A model generated the notes under the pieces. That model saw nothing but the letters and a program-made list of their open reading frames with translations. It was not told where the DNA came from and did no database searches. This document shows positions 46,901 through 58,600 of a stretch of 64,000 bases of DNA, in pieces (position 1 is the stretch's first letter; every line of letters starts with the position of its first letter). A program made the translations under genes and the position numbers. The stretch comes from Bacteroidota bacterium (GTDB lineage Bacteria; Bacteroidota; Bacteroidia; Bacteroidales; JACABE01), in assembly GCA_037133555.1 (NCBI GenBank), contig JBAXNW010000017.1, forward strand, positions 1,530-65,529, given 5' to 3'.

Positions 46901-48059
46901 GGACTTTCTCTCCTTTTTTCAACGATAATACTCCTTTTTCCATGGCAATGATACCGTCGGCATAGATATACGAATGAATGTGTGCAGAACCGTGGTAATC
47001 AACAGGGAATATTTCGCCATTGCGAATACTGACGGGTAAAAAAGATTTACGTTCTGTTTTTTTACGATGAATGTCAACACCAATGGGTAAAAATATTTCA
47101 TTTACTTTGTATTGAAGCCCCATCATTTTTTGAATCAAAGGCTTTACCAGCATTTCAAACTGAACAAATGAAGAAACCGGATTTCCGGGTAAACCGAAAA
47201 TGTATTTATTGCCAATAATTCCAAATACAGTGGGTCTACCTGGTTGAACAGCAATACTTTTAAAAAGTATTTTCACACCCATTTCTTGCATAATTTCAGG
47301 AACATAATCAAAGTCTCCCATTGAAACGCCTCCTGTTAGCAGAACAATATCATTATTTTGTAAAGCAGCCGTAATTTTATCAAAAGTAGAGATTTTATTA
47401 TCAGCAGCAATTCCTTCATAATGAGCTGTAGCACCCGCTTTTTGAGCTTGAGCCATCAATTGCCATGCATTTGAATTTCTGATCTGTGAAAGTCCAGGTT
47501 TTATATTGGGTTCCACCAACTCGTCACCAGTAGAAATGATGCCAAGCTTAGGTTTGCTGTATACTTTAGGTTTCCAAACGCCAACAGAAGCTAAAACTGC
47601 TATATGTTGAGGTTTGATTAAACTAGCTTTTTCCAACACAAGATCATTGATATGAACATCTTCTGCTAAATAACAAATATTGTCTGCTGTGTTTTCTTTT
47701 GAGAAACTGATTGTATTTCCATTTACGATGGTATCTTCAACCATAACCACGCAATCAGCACCTTTTGGAAGCATGGCTCCCGTCATTATTTTTGAACATT
47801 CGCCTTCCGAAATTGAGTTTTCGGGGCATTTACCTGCAGGAATAATTTCAATGATTTTCAGTTTCGTATTTTTATTAAAATCAATCCTGCGACAAGCGAA
47901 TCCATCTACAGCTGATTTATCGAAAGGGGGCATATTTACGTCAGAAATGATATTTTCAGCCAATACCCTTTCGTTGGAACTGAGCATGTCAACTTCTTCA
48001 ATATGTGTATGCTGTGCAGCGTTTAAGACTATTCCTAAAGCCTCTTCAAAACTTATCAT
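46884..48059 (-). CDS. moeA: Molybdopterin molybdotransferase
   Basis: PPFDKSAVDGFA, IMTGA, STGDEL, TGGVSMGD.D, GLPGNPVS. Confidence 0.95.
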   Translation of the reverse strand: MISFEEALGIVLNAAQHTHIEEVDMLSSNERVLAENIISDVNMPPFDKSAVDGFACRRIDFNKNTKLKIIEIIPAGKCPENSISEGECSKIMTGAMLPKGADCVVMVEDTIVNGNTISFSKENTADNICYLAEDVHINDLVLEKASLIKPQHIAVLASVGVWKPKVYSKPKLGIISTGDELVEPNIKPGLSQIRNSNAWQLMAQAQKAGATAHYEGIAADNKISTFDKITAALQNNDIVLLTGGVSMGDFDYVPEIMQEMGVKILFKSIAVQPGRPTVFGIIGNKYIFGLPGNPVSSFVQFEMLVKPLIQKMMGLQYKVNEIFLPIGVDIHRKKTERKSFLPVSIRNGEIFPVDYHGSAHIHSYIYADGIIAMEKGVLSLKKGEKVHVRQL

Positions 48060-48090
48060 AAAATTGAACTTATTGAATATGAAATAAACT

Positions 48091-50430
48091 TTAAAAGCTC
48101 AAACTTATTCCAATACTTGGCATAAATGGGAGTTGATCTACACGTTCATTTCTGAGTGTATTATAATAGAAAAGATTTTCCCTGTTGTAGGCATTGGTAA
48201 TGCTTACATTGGTTTCTAATGTGGAATTCTTAGCAATTTCAAATTTCTTTTTCAATGAAATATCTAAACGATGGTATTCAGGAAGTCTTCCATTATTTAA
48301 CTCATCATAAAGTGTGCCGATTTCTCCATTGGTTGTTCCAATATTTTGGTTGATATCTTCAAATGGTAATTTTTCGTAATTTCCTGCAGTTTTTGTAAAA
48401 GGGAAACCTGATCCATAATTCCATCTTACATTTAATTCCCAGTCTAATTTACCACCCATAACATAAGATACCAATAGATTTACATTATGTCTTCTATCAT
48501 AATGAGGAACATAATCTTGTAATTCGTCGGTTCTGTTCACATAACCCAGGGAATAAACTGCCCAAATATACAGTCTCTTAAAATCGTATTTCATCGAATA
48601 ATCTATACCATATGCATTCCCTGTCTCAATGATAAAATCTTTACGAAGGTATTCAGGTTTATAACTGAGGCTTGAGGGATCATTATAGGGATCTACATCA
48701 TCAAATATTTTATTCCTGTTAATATTGGACAATTGAGAAAAGTTTTTAAAATAAGCTTCTAAATTAACAGTCAAATGATTCATTACATCATATTCAATTC
48801 CAAGAATGGCATGTTGTGCTTTTTGTAATTTACTTGTTACAACTTCTCCTTTGTATTTTTCAGGTAAATTATCAGGTCCTGACAAGAAACCGTAAAAAAG
48901 GTTGACAACATCTCTGTCTGACTTTGCATCTATAAGGTTTTGGGAATATAAACCACCAGCAAATTTCAAGCGTATTTTATCAGACAGTAAAAATTTCATA
49001 GCATATCTGGGTTCAATCGACATTTCTGAAAGTGATGCGTAATATTGAAACCTTAAACTGGGTTCAAATAAAAACTTTCCAACCGTTGATTTATATTTAA
49101 AATATCCTGCTATTTCAGTAGTACTTTCAGATTGTTTGAGCTCTCGTTTAACCGCATTGTAAAATGTATAATCAGTTTTAAAGCCCTGCAATTCAATACC
49201 ATATTTAAACTGATCTTTGCCTAAAAAATAAGTAAAGTCCAGCCCCATATTAAATCCATTGATTTCACTCTGTTTAGGTAAAGCATCTTTATCAACCATG
49301 GTTATCAGGTAGTCAGAATAAGCAACAATACCTTCCATTAAAACAGTAGAATTGCCTGGAGCTACAACGAAATTTGCACCAAACCCAGACGTTTTCCAAT
49401 TGAAATCAGCTAAAGCCTGATAATTTTTCACATCATCCGTAAAATGAAATCCAAATAAATTCAACTTACTTCCGTTCGAACCATTGAAAGATAATTTTGC
49501 ATATAAATCCGTAAAATTAAAGGGCAATCCTGCAGTATCAATATAATTGTAAAATATTTTTGAACTCTGAGCTAAATAAGAGTTTTTTGCTGAAATTATA
49601 AATGAAGTAGAGTTTGAATTATTGTCTTTTTCTTTGGATAGGGGACCTTCAAGCAATATGCCTGCACCAAAAGTGCTGCTGTTAAATTTTCCTCCAAAAC
49701 GTTTTTTATTTCCATCACGGGTTGTTATATCCATCACAGATGAAATTCTGTCGCCATATTCTGCACCAAAACCACCTGTGTACACATCAGCATTTCTAAT
49801 AATATCTGTTTCAAAAACTGAAAATAGTCCTATTGAGTGAAAAGGATTGTAAATAACCATACCATCCAATAATACCTTATTTTGAATAGGTGAACCTCCT
49901 CTTATATACAATTGTCCGCCTTGATCTCCTGTAAATACGACACCAGGTATTACCTGTAAATATTGAGCTAAATCAGGTTGACCACCAATGCTTGGGATTT
50001 GTTTTAATTGTTTAGGTGTTACTTTGGTTACTGAAGTCTTGGTTTCTTGTCTTGCTTCTTCTCTCTCTGCTGTGATGCTAACAATATTCAAATTGTAAGC
50101 AGCTTTATTTAGAATAAGTTTTTTTGTGATTATTTCGTCGGCTTTCACACTAAACTGCATCTCCAACGAATCGTATCCTAATGAATTAACTTTGAGGGTA
50201 TAATTCCCGGGAGGTATTTTTGATATGGCAAAATAACCATTTACATCTGTTGTTCCCCCAATGGTTGTTTTTTTAAGAAAAACGGTAGTGAATATAACAG
50301 GTTCTCCTGATTCTTTTTCATATACAAAACCTTTGATGGTTCCATATTGAGCTTGTGCTGATTTATTCGTAAGAAAAATAAGGAAAGAAGCTATAAAAAT
50401 TATTTTTAATATATTGTTTTTCAAAGACAT
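48091..50430 (-). CDS. TonB-dependent receptor-like outer membrane protein
   Basis: Carboxypeptidase-like N-domain, LYIRGG..QN..LLDG, GGFGAEYG.R.SSV, C-terminal PSIGISLSF. Confidence 0.85.
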   Translation of the reverse strand: MSLKNNILKIIFIASFLIFLTNKSAQAQYGTIKGFVYEKESGEPVIFTTVFLKKTTIGGTTDVNGYFAISKIPPGNYTLKVNSLGYDSLEMQFSVKADEIITKKLILNKAAYNLNIVSITAEREEARQETKTSVTKVTPKQLKQIPSIGGQPDLAQYLQVIPGVVFTGDQGGQLYIRGGSPIQNKVLLDGMVIYNPFHSIGLFSVFETDIIRNADVYTGGFGAEYGDRISSVMDITTRDGNKKRFGGKFNSSTFGAGILLEGPLSKEKDNNSNSTSFIISAKNSYLAQSSKIFYNYIDTAGLPFNFTDLYAKLSFNGSNGSKLNLFGFHFTDDVKNYQALADFNWKTSGFGANFVVAPGNSTVLMEGIVAYSDYLITMVDKDALPKQSEINGFNMGLDFTYFLGKDQFKYGIELQGFKTDYTFYNAVKRELKQSESTTEIAGYFKYKSTVGKFLFEPSLRFQYYASLSEMSIEPRYAMKFLLSDKIRLKFAGGLYSQNLIDAKSDRDVVNLFYGFLSGPDNLPEKYKGEVVTSKLQKAQHAILGIEYDVMNHLTVNLEAYFKNFSQLSNINRNKIFDDVDPYNDPSSLSYKPEYLRKDFIIETGNAYGIDYSMKYDFKRLYIWAVYSLGYVNRTDELQDYVPHYDRRHNVNLLVSYVMGGKLDWELNVRWNYGSGFPFTKTAGNYEKLPFEDINQNIGTTNGEIGTLYDELNNGRLPEYHRLDISLKKKFEIAKNSTLETNVSITNAYNRENLFYYNTLRNERVDQLPFMPSIGISLSF

Positions 50431-50581
50431 ATTAGTAAATCGTTAAGGCAATGCTGTTTGTTTATAATTTAGCAAAGTTAATTTTTTTTGTAATATATTT
50501 TCATATAAAAAGTAGATTTTAAACATTAAAAAATGCCTAGTTTAGAAATGCAAAACTATTAAAAAAAGAATTGATTAATTT

Positions 50582-51601
50582 TTAATAAATTAATTGAAAA
50601 GATGAATGTAAAATTTTATATATCAATTCTTTCATTAACTCTCCATCAGAAGTAGAAGCATTGTCAACACCTTTGGATTTAACATCATATTCTCTTAATA
50701 AGGAAATAATCTGATGTAGTTGCTCTTTATTGTATTTACGCGAAGCAGCATCAAAGTCTCTTACAAAAAAAGGATTTACACCTAAAACTGAAGCTGCGAT
50801 TTTTTGTGATTTGTCGGGCAATTCAATATATGTAAGTACTTTCACGAAAAAAATATGCAAAATAGGAAGTATTTTAACCAAGGGGTTATCTTTTGGATTG
50901 GCTGCAAAATAATTAATAATCTGGTTTGCTTTTACTATTTCTTTATTTCCCAACGCCTTTTGCAATTCGAAAACATTAAAATCCTTACTTATACCAATGT
51001 TTTCTTCAATAATTTCTGGTGTAATGGTCGAATTTTGAGGAACATTGATCGTAAGTTTGATAATTTCATTTACAATTTTTTGTAAATCAGTTCCTAAAAA
51101 ATCAGAAAGTAATTTACAAGCATCAGCAGTAATCTGAAATTGTTTCTTTTTTAAGTAATTTGTAATCCAAGCAGGTATTTCATTGTCGTATAGTTTTTTA
51201 GATTCAAAAAATATTCCTTTTTTTTCAATATTCTTTTTAAAACTTGTACGGCCATCAATTTTTTTATACTTATAACAAAGAACTAAGATTGTAGAATTTT
51301 GAATATTCTCAAGATAGGTGTTGAGTTCTTCAATTTTTTCAATTCCCTGCGCTTCTTTAACAATGATAACCTGATAATTTGCCATCATAGGAAATCGTTT
51401 GGCATAATTGATAATTGTGGCTACATCAACATCCTTGCCATACAATACACTTTGGTTGAATTCTTTTTCGTCGTCTGTAAGCGTGTATTTCTCTATAAAA
51501 TCAGAAATTTCATCAATATAAAAAGGCTCTTCACCAGCTAATAAATAAATCGGATGATATATTTTGTTTTTTAAGTCTGTAAGAATCTGATCAAATGTCA
51601 T
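50582..51601 (-). CDS. holA: DNA polymerase III delta subunit
   Basis: YLLAGEEPFYID, AKRFPMM, IGISKDFNVFEL. Confidence 0.92.
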   Translation of the reverse strand: MTFDQILTDLKNKIYHPIYLLAGEEPFYIDEISDFIEKYTLTDDEKEFNQSVLYGKDVDVATIINYAKRFPMMANYQVIIVKEAQGIEKIEELNTYLENIQNSTILVLCYKYKKIDGRTSFKKNIEKKGIFFESKKLYDNEIPAWITNYLKKKQFQITADACKLLSDFLGTDLQKIVNEIIKLTINVPQNSTITPEIIEENIGISKDFNVFELQKALGNKEIVKANQIINYFAANPKDNPLVKILPILHIFFVKVLTYIELPDKSQKIAASVLGVNPFFVRDFDAASRKYNKEQLHQIISLLREYDVKSKGVDNASTSDGELMKELIYKILHSSFQLIY

Positions 51602-51731
51602 TGAATAATAAGTTTAGAATACTTAATCTATATTATTGATAAATAAATTAATATATATAATTTTATTTAAATTATCGGGCTCGGAAATACTTAATTGAAA
51701 AAATCCAATACTGTTAACTGATCATTGTTTT

Positions 51732-52520
51732 CTAATACTGATTGTTATAGTCAAAATACAAATGCTTAACAGTTTGGCCTTTATTAATCAGTTGTTTTAA
51801 AGAATCGATACCAATTTCCAAATGCTCAGATAAAAATGTTTCTGAAACTTTTCTGTCAAGTTCCTCTGTTTTAACACCTTCCGAAATCATTGGTTGGTCA
51901 GAAACCAACAACAAGGCTCCTGAAGGAATATGATTGTAAAAACCGACAATAAATATCGTAGCGGTTTCCATATCTATAGCCATACTACGCATCTTGCGAA
52001 GGTATTCCTTGAATTCTTCATCATGCTCCCATACCCTTCGATTGGTTGTATAAACGGTTCCTGTCCAGTAATCTCTGTCGTGATCACGAATGGTTGTAGA
52101 AATAGCTTTCTGCAGATTAAATGCAGGTAAAGCAGGTACTTCTTTTGGAAAATAGTCTCTAGATGTTCCTTCACCTCGGATTGCAGCAATTGGAAGTATT
52201 AAATCACCAATGTTGTTTTTCTTTTTTAAACCTCCGCATTTACCTAGAAACAATACGGCCTTAGGATGTATGGCACTTAATAAGTCCATTATAGTTGCTG
52301 CATTGGCACTTCCCATTCCAAAGTTAATAATCGTTATATTATTCGCAGTAGCACTCTGCATTGCTTTTTCGTTTCCTTTGATGGGAACATTGAATTTTTC
52401 AGCGAACATTTCAAGGTATTTCGAAAAGTTAACCAATAAAATATACTTGCCAAAGTCTTGTAATTCAGTTCCTGTATAGCGTGGTAGCCAGTTTTCAACA
52501 ATTTCTTCTTTTGTCTTCAT
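51732..52520 (-). CDS. amn: AMP nucleosidase (short Bacteroidota type)
   Basis: NWLPRYTG, NFGMGS.NAAT, FLGKCGG, IDMETAT. Confidence 0.9.
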   Translation of the reverse strand: MKTKEEIVENWLPRYTGTELQDFGKYILLVNFSKYLEMFAEKFNVPIKGNEKAMQSATANNITIINFGMGSANAATIMDLLSAIHPKAVLFLGKCGGLKKKNNIGDLILPIAAIRGEGTSRDYFPKEVPALPAFNLQKAISTTIRDHDRDYWTGTVYTTNRRVWEHDEEFKEYLRKMRSMAIDMETATIFIVGFYNHIPSGALLLVSDQPMISEGVKTEELDRKVSETFLSEHLEIGIDSLKQLINKGQTVKHLYFDYNNQY

Positions 52521-52620
52521 ACCTAAACCTTATTTGTAATAAATATTTTACAAATTTACATTTTTTTTGATTGATTAGAATTGCTATTTCGAAAAACAAT
52601 GAGGCAGCTGATTAATTTAC

Positions 52621-53991
52621 TTAAAATAAATAATTTAAATTAATATAAAGTGCTGAATTTCCGTCTTGTGGATCATAGGCTTTTCCGTAGGTGAAATTTA
52701 ATACGAAATTTGAATTTAATACGAAATGCAAACTGCCACCATAGCCGACATGCAATTTTTCGTCATTCACATCAATATTTTCATTCAATGGGATCTTCGA
52801 TTTATCAAAATGGTAATTTTGAATAACTTGGCCCATATCAGTAAAGCAACTCATAGCTACATAAAAGTTTTGTTTCAATAAGCGGGTTCGGATAAATTTC
52901 CAACGCATTTCGAAATTCCCATAAAACATGCCTTCGCCTACTAATCGGTTGCGTAATACACCCCTGACAGTTTTAGCACCACCTAATCCATCTCGGGTTG
53001 GTTTGTTGGAAGCAAATAAAAAAGGCAGCATATAAAAAGGCATTTCACCGGCAATTTTTCCCTGATAGGCCAACCTACAAGCTAAATTAAGCACTTCTTT
53101 TTTTAAAGTAAAGTATTGACGATGACTTACAGCAATCTGAGCATAATTGAATTTATTGCCGATAATTGAAGGTGAGAGTAGTAACAAGGCTTCTGACCAT
53201 ATCCCTTTCATTGGATTGGATTCATTATCACGGCTATCATAAACCAGGCCTAATTTGATGATTTGAGTAGTACCACCTTCTTGTTGATCATTTGGAATAA
53301 TACCCCAGCTTTTGTATTGCTCAAATAAGCTGGTGGAACTGTCAACAGTAGGAAGAAGGTTACTGGCATCTCTTCCTTCGTTTAGTTTATTAACGTCAAC
53401 CTTCCCAATATTGTTATCGTATAAACCATATCCAACTACCCATTGTAAAGCCTTGCCTTTTCGTAAACTTAAAAAATCAAAACAAAGACGGAACAATTGC
53501 CTGTCGATACGGTAATACATTCGCGAAACATAAGCTGGATTATTAGGATTATTGTCTTCAAAACTATGATTATAATCTGCTTTGTATCCATTAAAGCCAT
53601 AAAAATCTAAAGCCTGTTCCTGAAAATAACTCAAATCTCCTGTAAAACGAATACCTTTTATAAGATGTTTTGTATCATAGGTAATCTGATTGATGCCACT
53701 ACCCTTAGTGGTTCTGGACCATTCGATATAGATAGAATGCCGATAATCGGGATAAATGCTTCCATTACCATAATCAAAAAGGTTGACAACAGCCCCATAT
53801 TTGAATCCTATGTCAGAATCAAATGCAATGGCAGGAATGGCTCCAAAACTCCAGCCTTTAATCTGTTTTTCTTTTTTAGTTGAAACAGCAACCGTATCTT
53901 TTGCAATCTGTTCAAATGCAATTAAAGGAATAAGGAGTAAGAATAGTAGGACGTAAATGTTTTTTTTCAAGAGATTAAAGGATTGTATCAA
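52621..53991 (-). CDS. Omp85/BamA-TamA-like barrel without POTRA domains
   Basis: YDSRD, GGAKTVRG..RNR lid-loop-like motif, C-terminal YLF. Confidence 0.72.
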   Translation of the reverse strand: MIQSFNLLKKNIYVLLFLLLIPLIAFEQIAKDTVAVSTKKEKQIKGWSFGAIPAIAFDSDIGFKYGAVVNLFDYGNGSIYPDYRHSIYIEWSRTTKGSGINQITYDTKHLIKGIRFTGDLSYFQEQALDFYGFNGYKADYNHSFEDNNPNNPAYVSRMYYRIDRQLFRLCFDFLSLRKGKALQWVVGYGLYDNNIGKVDVNKLNEGRDASNLLPTVDSSTSLFEQYKSWGIIPNDQQEGGTTQIIKLGLVYDSRDNESNPMKGIWSEALLLLSPSIIGNKFNYAQIAVSHRQYFTLKKEVLNLACRLAYQGKIAGEMPFYMLPFLFASNKPTRDGLGGAKTVRGVLRNRLVGEGMFYGNFEMRWKFIRTRLLKQNFYVAMSCFTDMGQVIQNYHFDKSKIPLNENIDVNDEKLHVGYGGSLHFVLNSNFVLNFTYGKAYDPQDGNSALYINLNYLF

Positions 53992-54694
53992 TAAATTTTA
54001 ATAAAATTACTAAATCATCTTCGTTTTTTGGAGATATGTTTTTTTCTTTTATAAATTCCTGAATACTTGGATTATAAGCAAAAGATTTTAAAAACTTCTT
54101 TTTATTTCTTTCAACCAAAGTAAGCTCATTGTTTATAAAAAAATAATAATTCTTCACTATGATTAATTCATCATCTCTATTACCAACAGCAAGGGCTTCA
54201 TTGTATTTAGCTTCTTTTACTTTGGCTGAATAATTACACAATAAAGATGTTTTTTCATTGTAAATTATTTTTGAGAATCCATTTAACAGAAAATCACCCA
54301 AGGCATTTTTAGTGATAAAAATTTCATTTTTCTCTTTTAGCTTCACTAAAATAGTTTGATTGAGAGGTAATATTTTTATTTCTTCATCTTTTTTAATTTC
54401 AATAACATTGTACAAAACATCAATTTTAATCATAAGATTCTGAATGATTCCAGAATCTGAAGTCATTTTAATATCGGAAAGCTTCCAGTCATCATAAATA
54501 TAACTTGAGCCCGTCATTTTTGTATTGTAAGTTTTTTCAGTTACATTGTAAGCATCAAACCTAAGTGTTTGGGGAGAATTTCCAGTTTCAGTATAGATAA
54601 TCTGACTCATTAAAAAAAAAGGAAAAGTGACAGAGGAAAGAATAAAAAAAGCTGTAATGAAAGGTTTAGTAAAGAATGTCATTTGAAAATACAT
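53975..54694 (-). CDS. Hypothetical exported protein
   Basis: 239-aa ORF with GSSY.YDDW motif; overlaps the next gene. Confidence 0.65.
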   Translation of the reverse strand: MYFQMTFFTKPFITAFFILSSVTFPFFLMSQIIYTETGNSPQTLRFDAYNVTEKTYNTKMTGSSYIYDDWKLSDIKMTSDSGIIQNLMIKIDVLYNVIEIKKDEEIKILPLNQTILVKLKEKNEIFITKNALGDFLLNGFSKIIYNEKTSLLCNYSAKVKEAKYNEALAVGNRDDELIIVKNYYFFINNELTLVERNKKKFLKSFAYNPSIQEFIKEKNISPKNEDDLVILLKFIDTIL

Positions 54695-54917
54695 TTAATT
54701 AATTTAATAAAAATAGTTTTATTTTAAAGCAAAACTGAAAGTTTTCAAGTCTAATAGAAGTTTTATGTCTTTATCTGAAATGAGTTATTTTTAATATTAA
54801 ACTGCTTGCTTTTAAGTCGTAATTTTTTTTGTAAAATTAGTATTCCTTTTCATACAAAAGGTATTCAATTAAGAAAAAGATTGTAGATTTGTAAAAAATA
54901 ATTTAATAGAAAAATTT

Positions 54918-55379
54918 ATGATTCAACTTGGTTTTCCAACTTTTGCATATAAAATTCGAAATGGATTGAAAACTGAGGAAATATTTGATGTAATCAGAAG
55001 AAAATATGTGACTTTAACTGAGGAAGAATGGGTAAGACAACATTGTATAGCATATCTTATAAATGAAAAGAAATGCCCCGTAAGCTTGATGGCTGTGGAA
55101 AAAGGACTCAGTGTTAATGGACTCAGAAAAAGAACAGATATTTTAATTTTCACCAAAGATGGTATTCCAAAACTGATTGTAGAATGTAAAGCACCCTCAG
55201 TGAACATTACAAATGAAGTTTTTGATCAGATAGCCCGCTACAATATGACACTTAAGGTTAATTACCTGATGGTTACCAATGGAATTCAGCATTATTGCTG
55301 TTGGATAGATCATGAAAATGCAACGTATCAATTTCTGGACGAAATCCCTGAATATGAGGAATTAATTAATCGGTTGTAG
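54918..55379 (+). CDS. Stand-alone HsdR N-terminal (HSDR_N_2-like) domain protein
   Basis: IFD.IR.KYV.LT.EEWVRQH, VECKAP, DQIARYN, TNG. Confidence 0.88.
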   Translation: MIQLGFPTFAYKIRNGLKTEEIFDVIRRKYVTLTEEEWVRQHCIAYLINEKKCPVSLMAVEKGLSVNGLRKRTDILIFTKDGIPKLIVECKAPSVNITNEVFDQIARYNMTLKVNYLMVTNGIQHYCCWIDHENATYQFLDEIPEYEELINRL

Positions 55380-55641
55380 GTGATTAGGCAGTTGGTAATT
55401 AGGAATAATGAATTAAGAATTAGGAATGGTAAATTTGCATATTAACTCATTAGAAATTTAATAAATCGTTTTTTTAAACAACTCAATAACTCAATACCCC
55501 AATAACTCAATAACCTAATAACCCAATAACCTACAACCTAATAACCTACGACCTAATATGCAATCATTAATATTTATACTTTTAATATTGTAACATTTTA
55601 TGTTTTCTTTTGTTAAAATAGATTGAATAAATCAATCAGAT

Positions 55642-58600
55642 ATGATTAAAAATATACTAACGGAACTTTCGCATCGGGTATTGGTAATTGATGGTGCTAT
55701 GGGCACTATGATACAAAGGTATCGATTATCAGAAGCGGATTATCGTGGAGAACGTTTCGTTGATTATCCTTCCGATTTGAAAGGGAATAACGATTTACTT
55801 TCCATTACTCGGCCAGATGTCATACAGGGGATACATGAACAATACCTGGAAGCAGGCGCAGATATTATTGAAACGAATACTTTTAATTCGAACCGAATTT
55901 CGCTGGTTGATTACAATATGTCTAAATTGGCCTTTGAATTAAATGTTGAAGCAGCTAAAATCGCACATGCTGCTGCCGATAAATATACATTGATTAATCC
56001 TGATAAACCCCGTTTTGTAGCCGGAGCTATTGGTCCTACCAATAAAACGGCTTCTTTGTCGCCCGATGTAAATAATCCCGGTTACAGGGCTGTTTTATTC
56101 GACGACTTAGTGGAAGCATACAAAGAACAATGTTTAGGATTAATTGAAGGTGGAGTTGATTTACTTTTGATTGAAACCATTTTCGACACCTTAAATGCAA
56201 AAGCAGCTTTGTATGCTGTAGAAGAAGCCCTGAAAGAAAAGAATATGCGTTTACCACTCATGGTTTCAGGAACCATTACCGATGCCAGTGGAAGAACCTT
56301 GTCGGGTCAAACTGTTGAAGCATTTATCAATTCAATGTCGCACATCGATTTGTTGAGCATTGGCTTGAATTGTGCATTGGGAGCCAGAGAAATGCGTCCA
56401 TATATTGAAGAAATTTCTCAGAAAACAAGATTTCACACCAGCGCTTACCCCAATGCTGGCTTGCCGAATCAGTTTGGAGAATATGACGAAACTCCTGAAA
56501 CGATGGTAGTCGATATTAAGGATTTTATTGAAAATGGATTTGTAAATATAGTGGGAGGATGCTGTGGAACTACACCCGAACACATTCGGCTTTTCAGTAA
56601 AGCCGCTGCGATTGCAAAACCCCGTCAGTTGTTGGCATTGGAACATATTACAAAAGTAAGTGGCTTGGAATCATTAAGCATAGATAAGACCTCAAATTTT
56701 ATCAATATAGGCGAAAGAACCAATGTATCAGGATCTAAGAAATTTGCTCGACTGATACGTGAAGAAAAATATGAAGAAGCACTCAGTGTCGCACGCCACC
56801 AGGTTGAAGGTGGTGCACAGGTATTGGACGTAAACCTGGACGATGCCATGCTGGATGCAAAAAAAGAAATGCATACCTTTCTGAATCTTTTAGCTGCTGA
56901 TCCTGATATTGCGCGCATTCCAGTGATGATTGACTCATCAAAATGGGAAGTAATAGAAGCTGGCTTAAAATGCCTGCAGGGGAAATCTATCGTCAATTCT
57001 ATCAGCCTTAAAGAAGGAGAAGCTGATTTTATTGAAAAAGCAAAAAAAATCAAACAATACGGTGCTGCTGTGATAGTAATGGCTTTCGACGAACAAGGCC
57101 AGGCTGTTGACTTTGAACGGAAAATCGAAGTTTGCCAACGTGCTTATGATATTTTAACCCTTCAACTTCATTTTTTGCCTGAAGATATTATCTTTGATCC
57201 TAATATACTGACCATTGCCACTGGGATGGATGAGCATAATAATTATGCAGTAGATTTTATAAAAACCATTCGCTGGATCAAAGAAAATTTACCTTTTGCC
57301 AAAGTAAGCGGAGGAATCAGCAATCTTTCCTTTTCTTTTCGCGGTAACGATTATATCCGTGAAGCAATGAATACTGCCTTTTTGTACCATGCGATTGATG
57401 CAGGTATGGACATGGGGATTGTAAATGCAGGAAATTTGCCCATTTATGATGAAATCCCCGGCGATTTACTTCTATTGCTGGAAGATGTTATTTTGAACCG
57501 TCGCAAAGATGCTACAGAACGTTTGATACTTTTTGCTGAAAAGAATTCAGACAGCAGAACAAAAGAAGAAATAATCGTAGAATGGCGCAATTTGAGTGTC
57601 AACGAAAGATTAACCCATTCCTTAATAAAAGGCATCACAGAATACATAGAAGCTGATACAGAAGAAGCTCGCTTAAACTTCGACAAAGCCCTCAATGTAA
57701 TAGAAGGGCCACTGATGGATGGAATGAACATAGTGGGCGATTTGTTTGGTAAAGGAAAAATGTTCTTGCCTCAGGTCGTTAAAAGTGCCAGGGTAATGAA
57801 AAAAGCAGTTGCTGTTTTGCTACCCTATATTGAAAAAGAAAATGAAGGGAAAGTTAGTACTTCTGCTGGTAAAGTATTATTGGCTACCGTAAAGGGTGAT
57901 GTGCATGATATTGGGAAAAACATAGTAGGAGTGGTGATGGCCTGTAATAATTTTGAAGTCATTGATTTGGGGGTTATGGTACCCGCTGATAAAATTATTC
58001 AGGCTGCAATTGCCGAAAATGTTGATTTGGTAGGTTTAAGTGGATTAATAACTCCTTCACTCGAAGAAATGGTTCATATTGCTAAAGAATTTCAACGATT
58101 GAAATTAAATATTCCCATATTAATAGGAGGGGCAACGACTTCCAAAATACATACTGCAGTTAAAATTGCACCAAATTATGATTTTCCTGTTTTGCATGTA
58201 AAAGATGCTTCACGAAGTGTTGGGGTAAGTGCCAAGCTTTTATCTGCTGGATTAAAAGATGAACTGATACAATCAACCCAAAAGGAATACCAGGAAATCA
58301 GAGAACAATACCAGGCTACAAAAACAAAAAGGGAAGGTTATATTTCCCTGGCTGAAGCACGCAGCAATAAATTGAGAATTAAATGGGATGAAATAAATAT
58401 TGCTGTTCCAAAACAGACAGGTGTTCAATATCTTCTTTCTTATCCATTGAAAGAAATTGCAGCTTATATCGACTGGACTTTCTTTTTCTACGAATGGCAG
58501 TTGCAGGGAAAATATCCTGCCATTTTCGCTGATCCGGTAAAAGGAGAAGAGGCTAAAAAACTATACGATGATGCATTGGAGCTCTTGGATAGAATTATCA

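Noticed and set aside
54918-55379. Type I restriction-modification system
   Set aside because: Stand-alone HsdR_N domain with no hsdM, hsdS or helicase; commonly near holA/amn in Bacteroidota
55560-55641. SAM or cobalamin riboswitch upstream of metH
   Set aside because: No aptamer consensus visible; region is short and AT-rich
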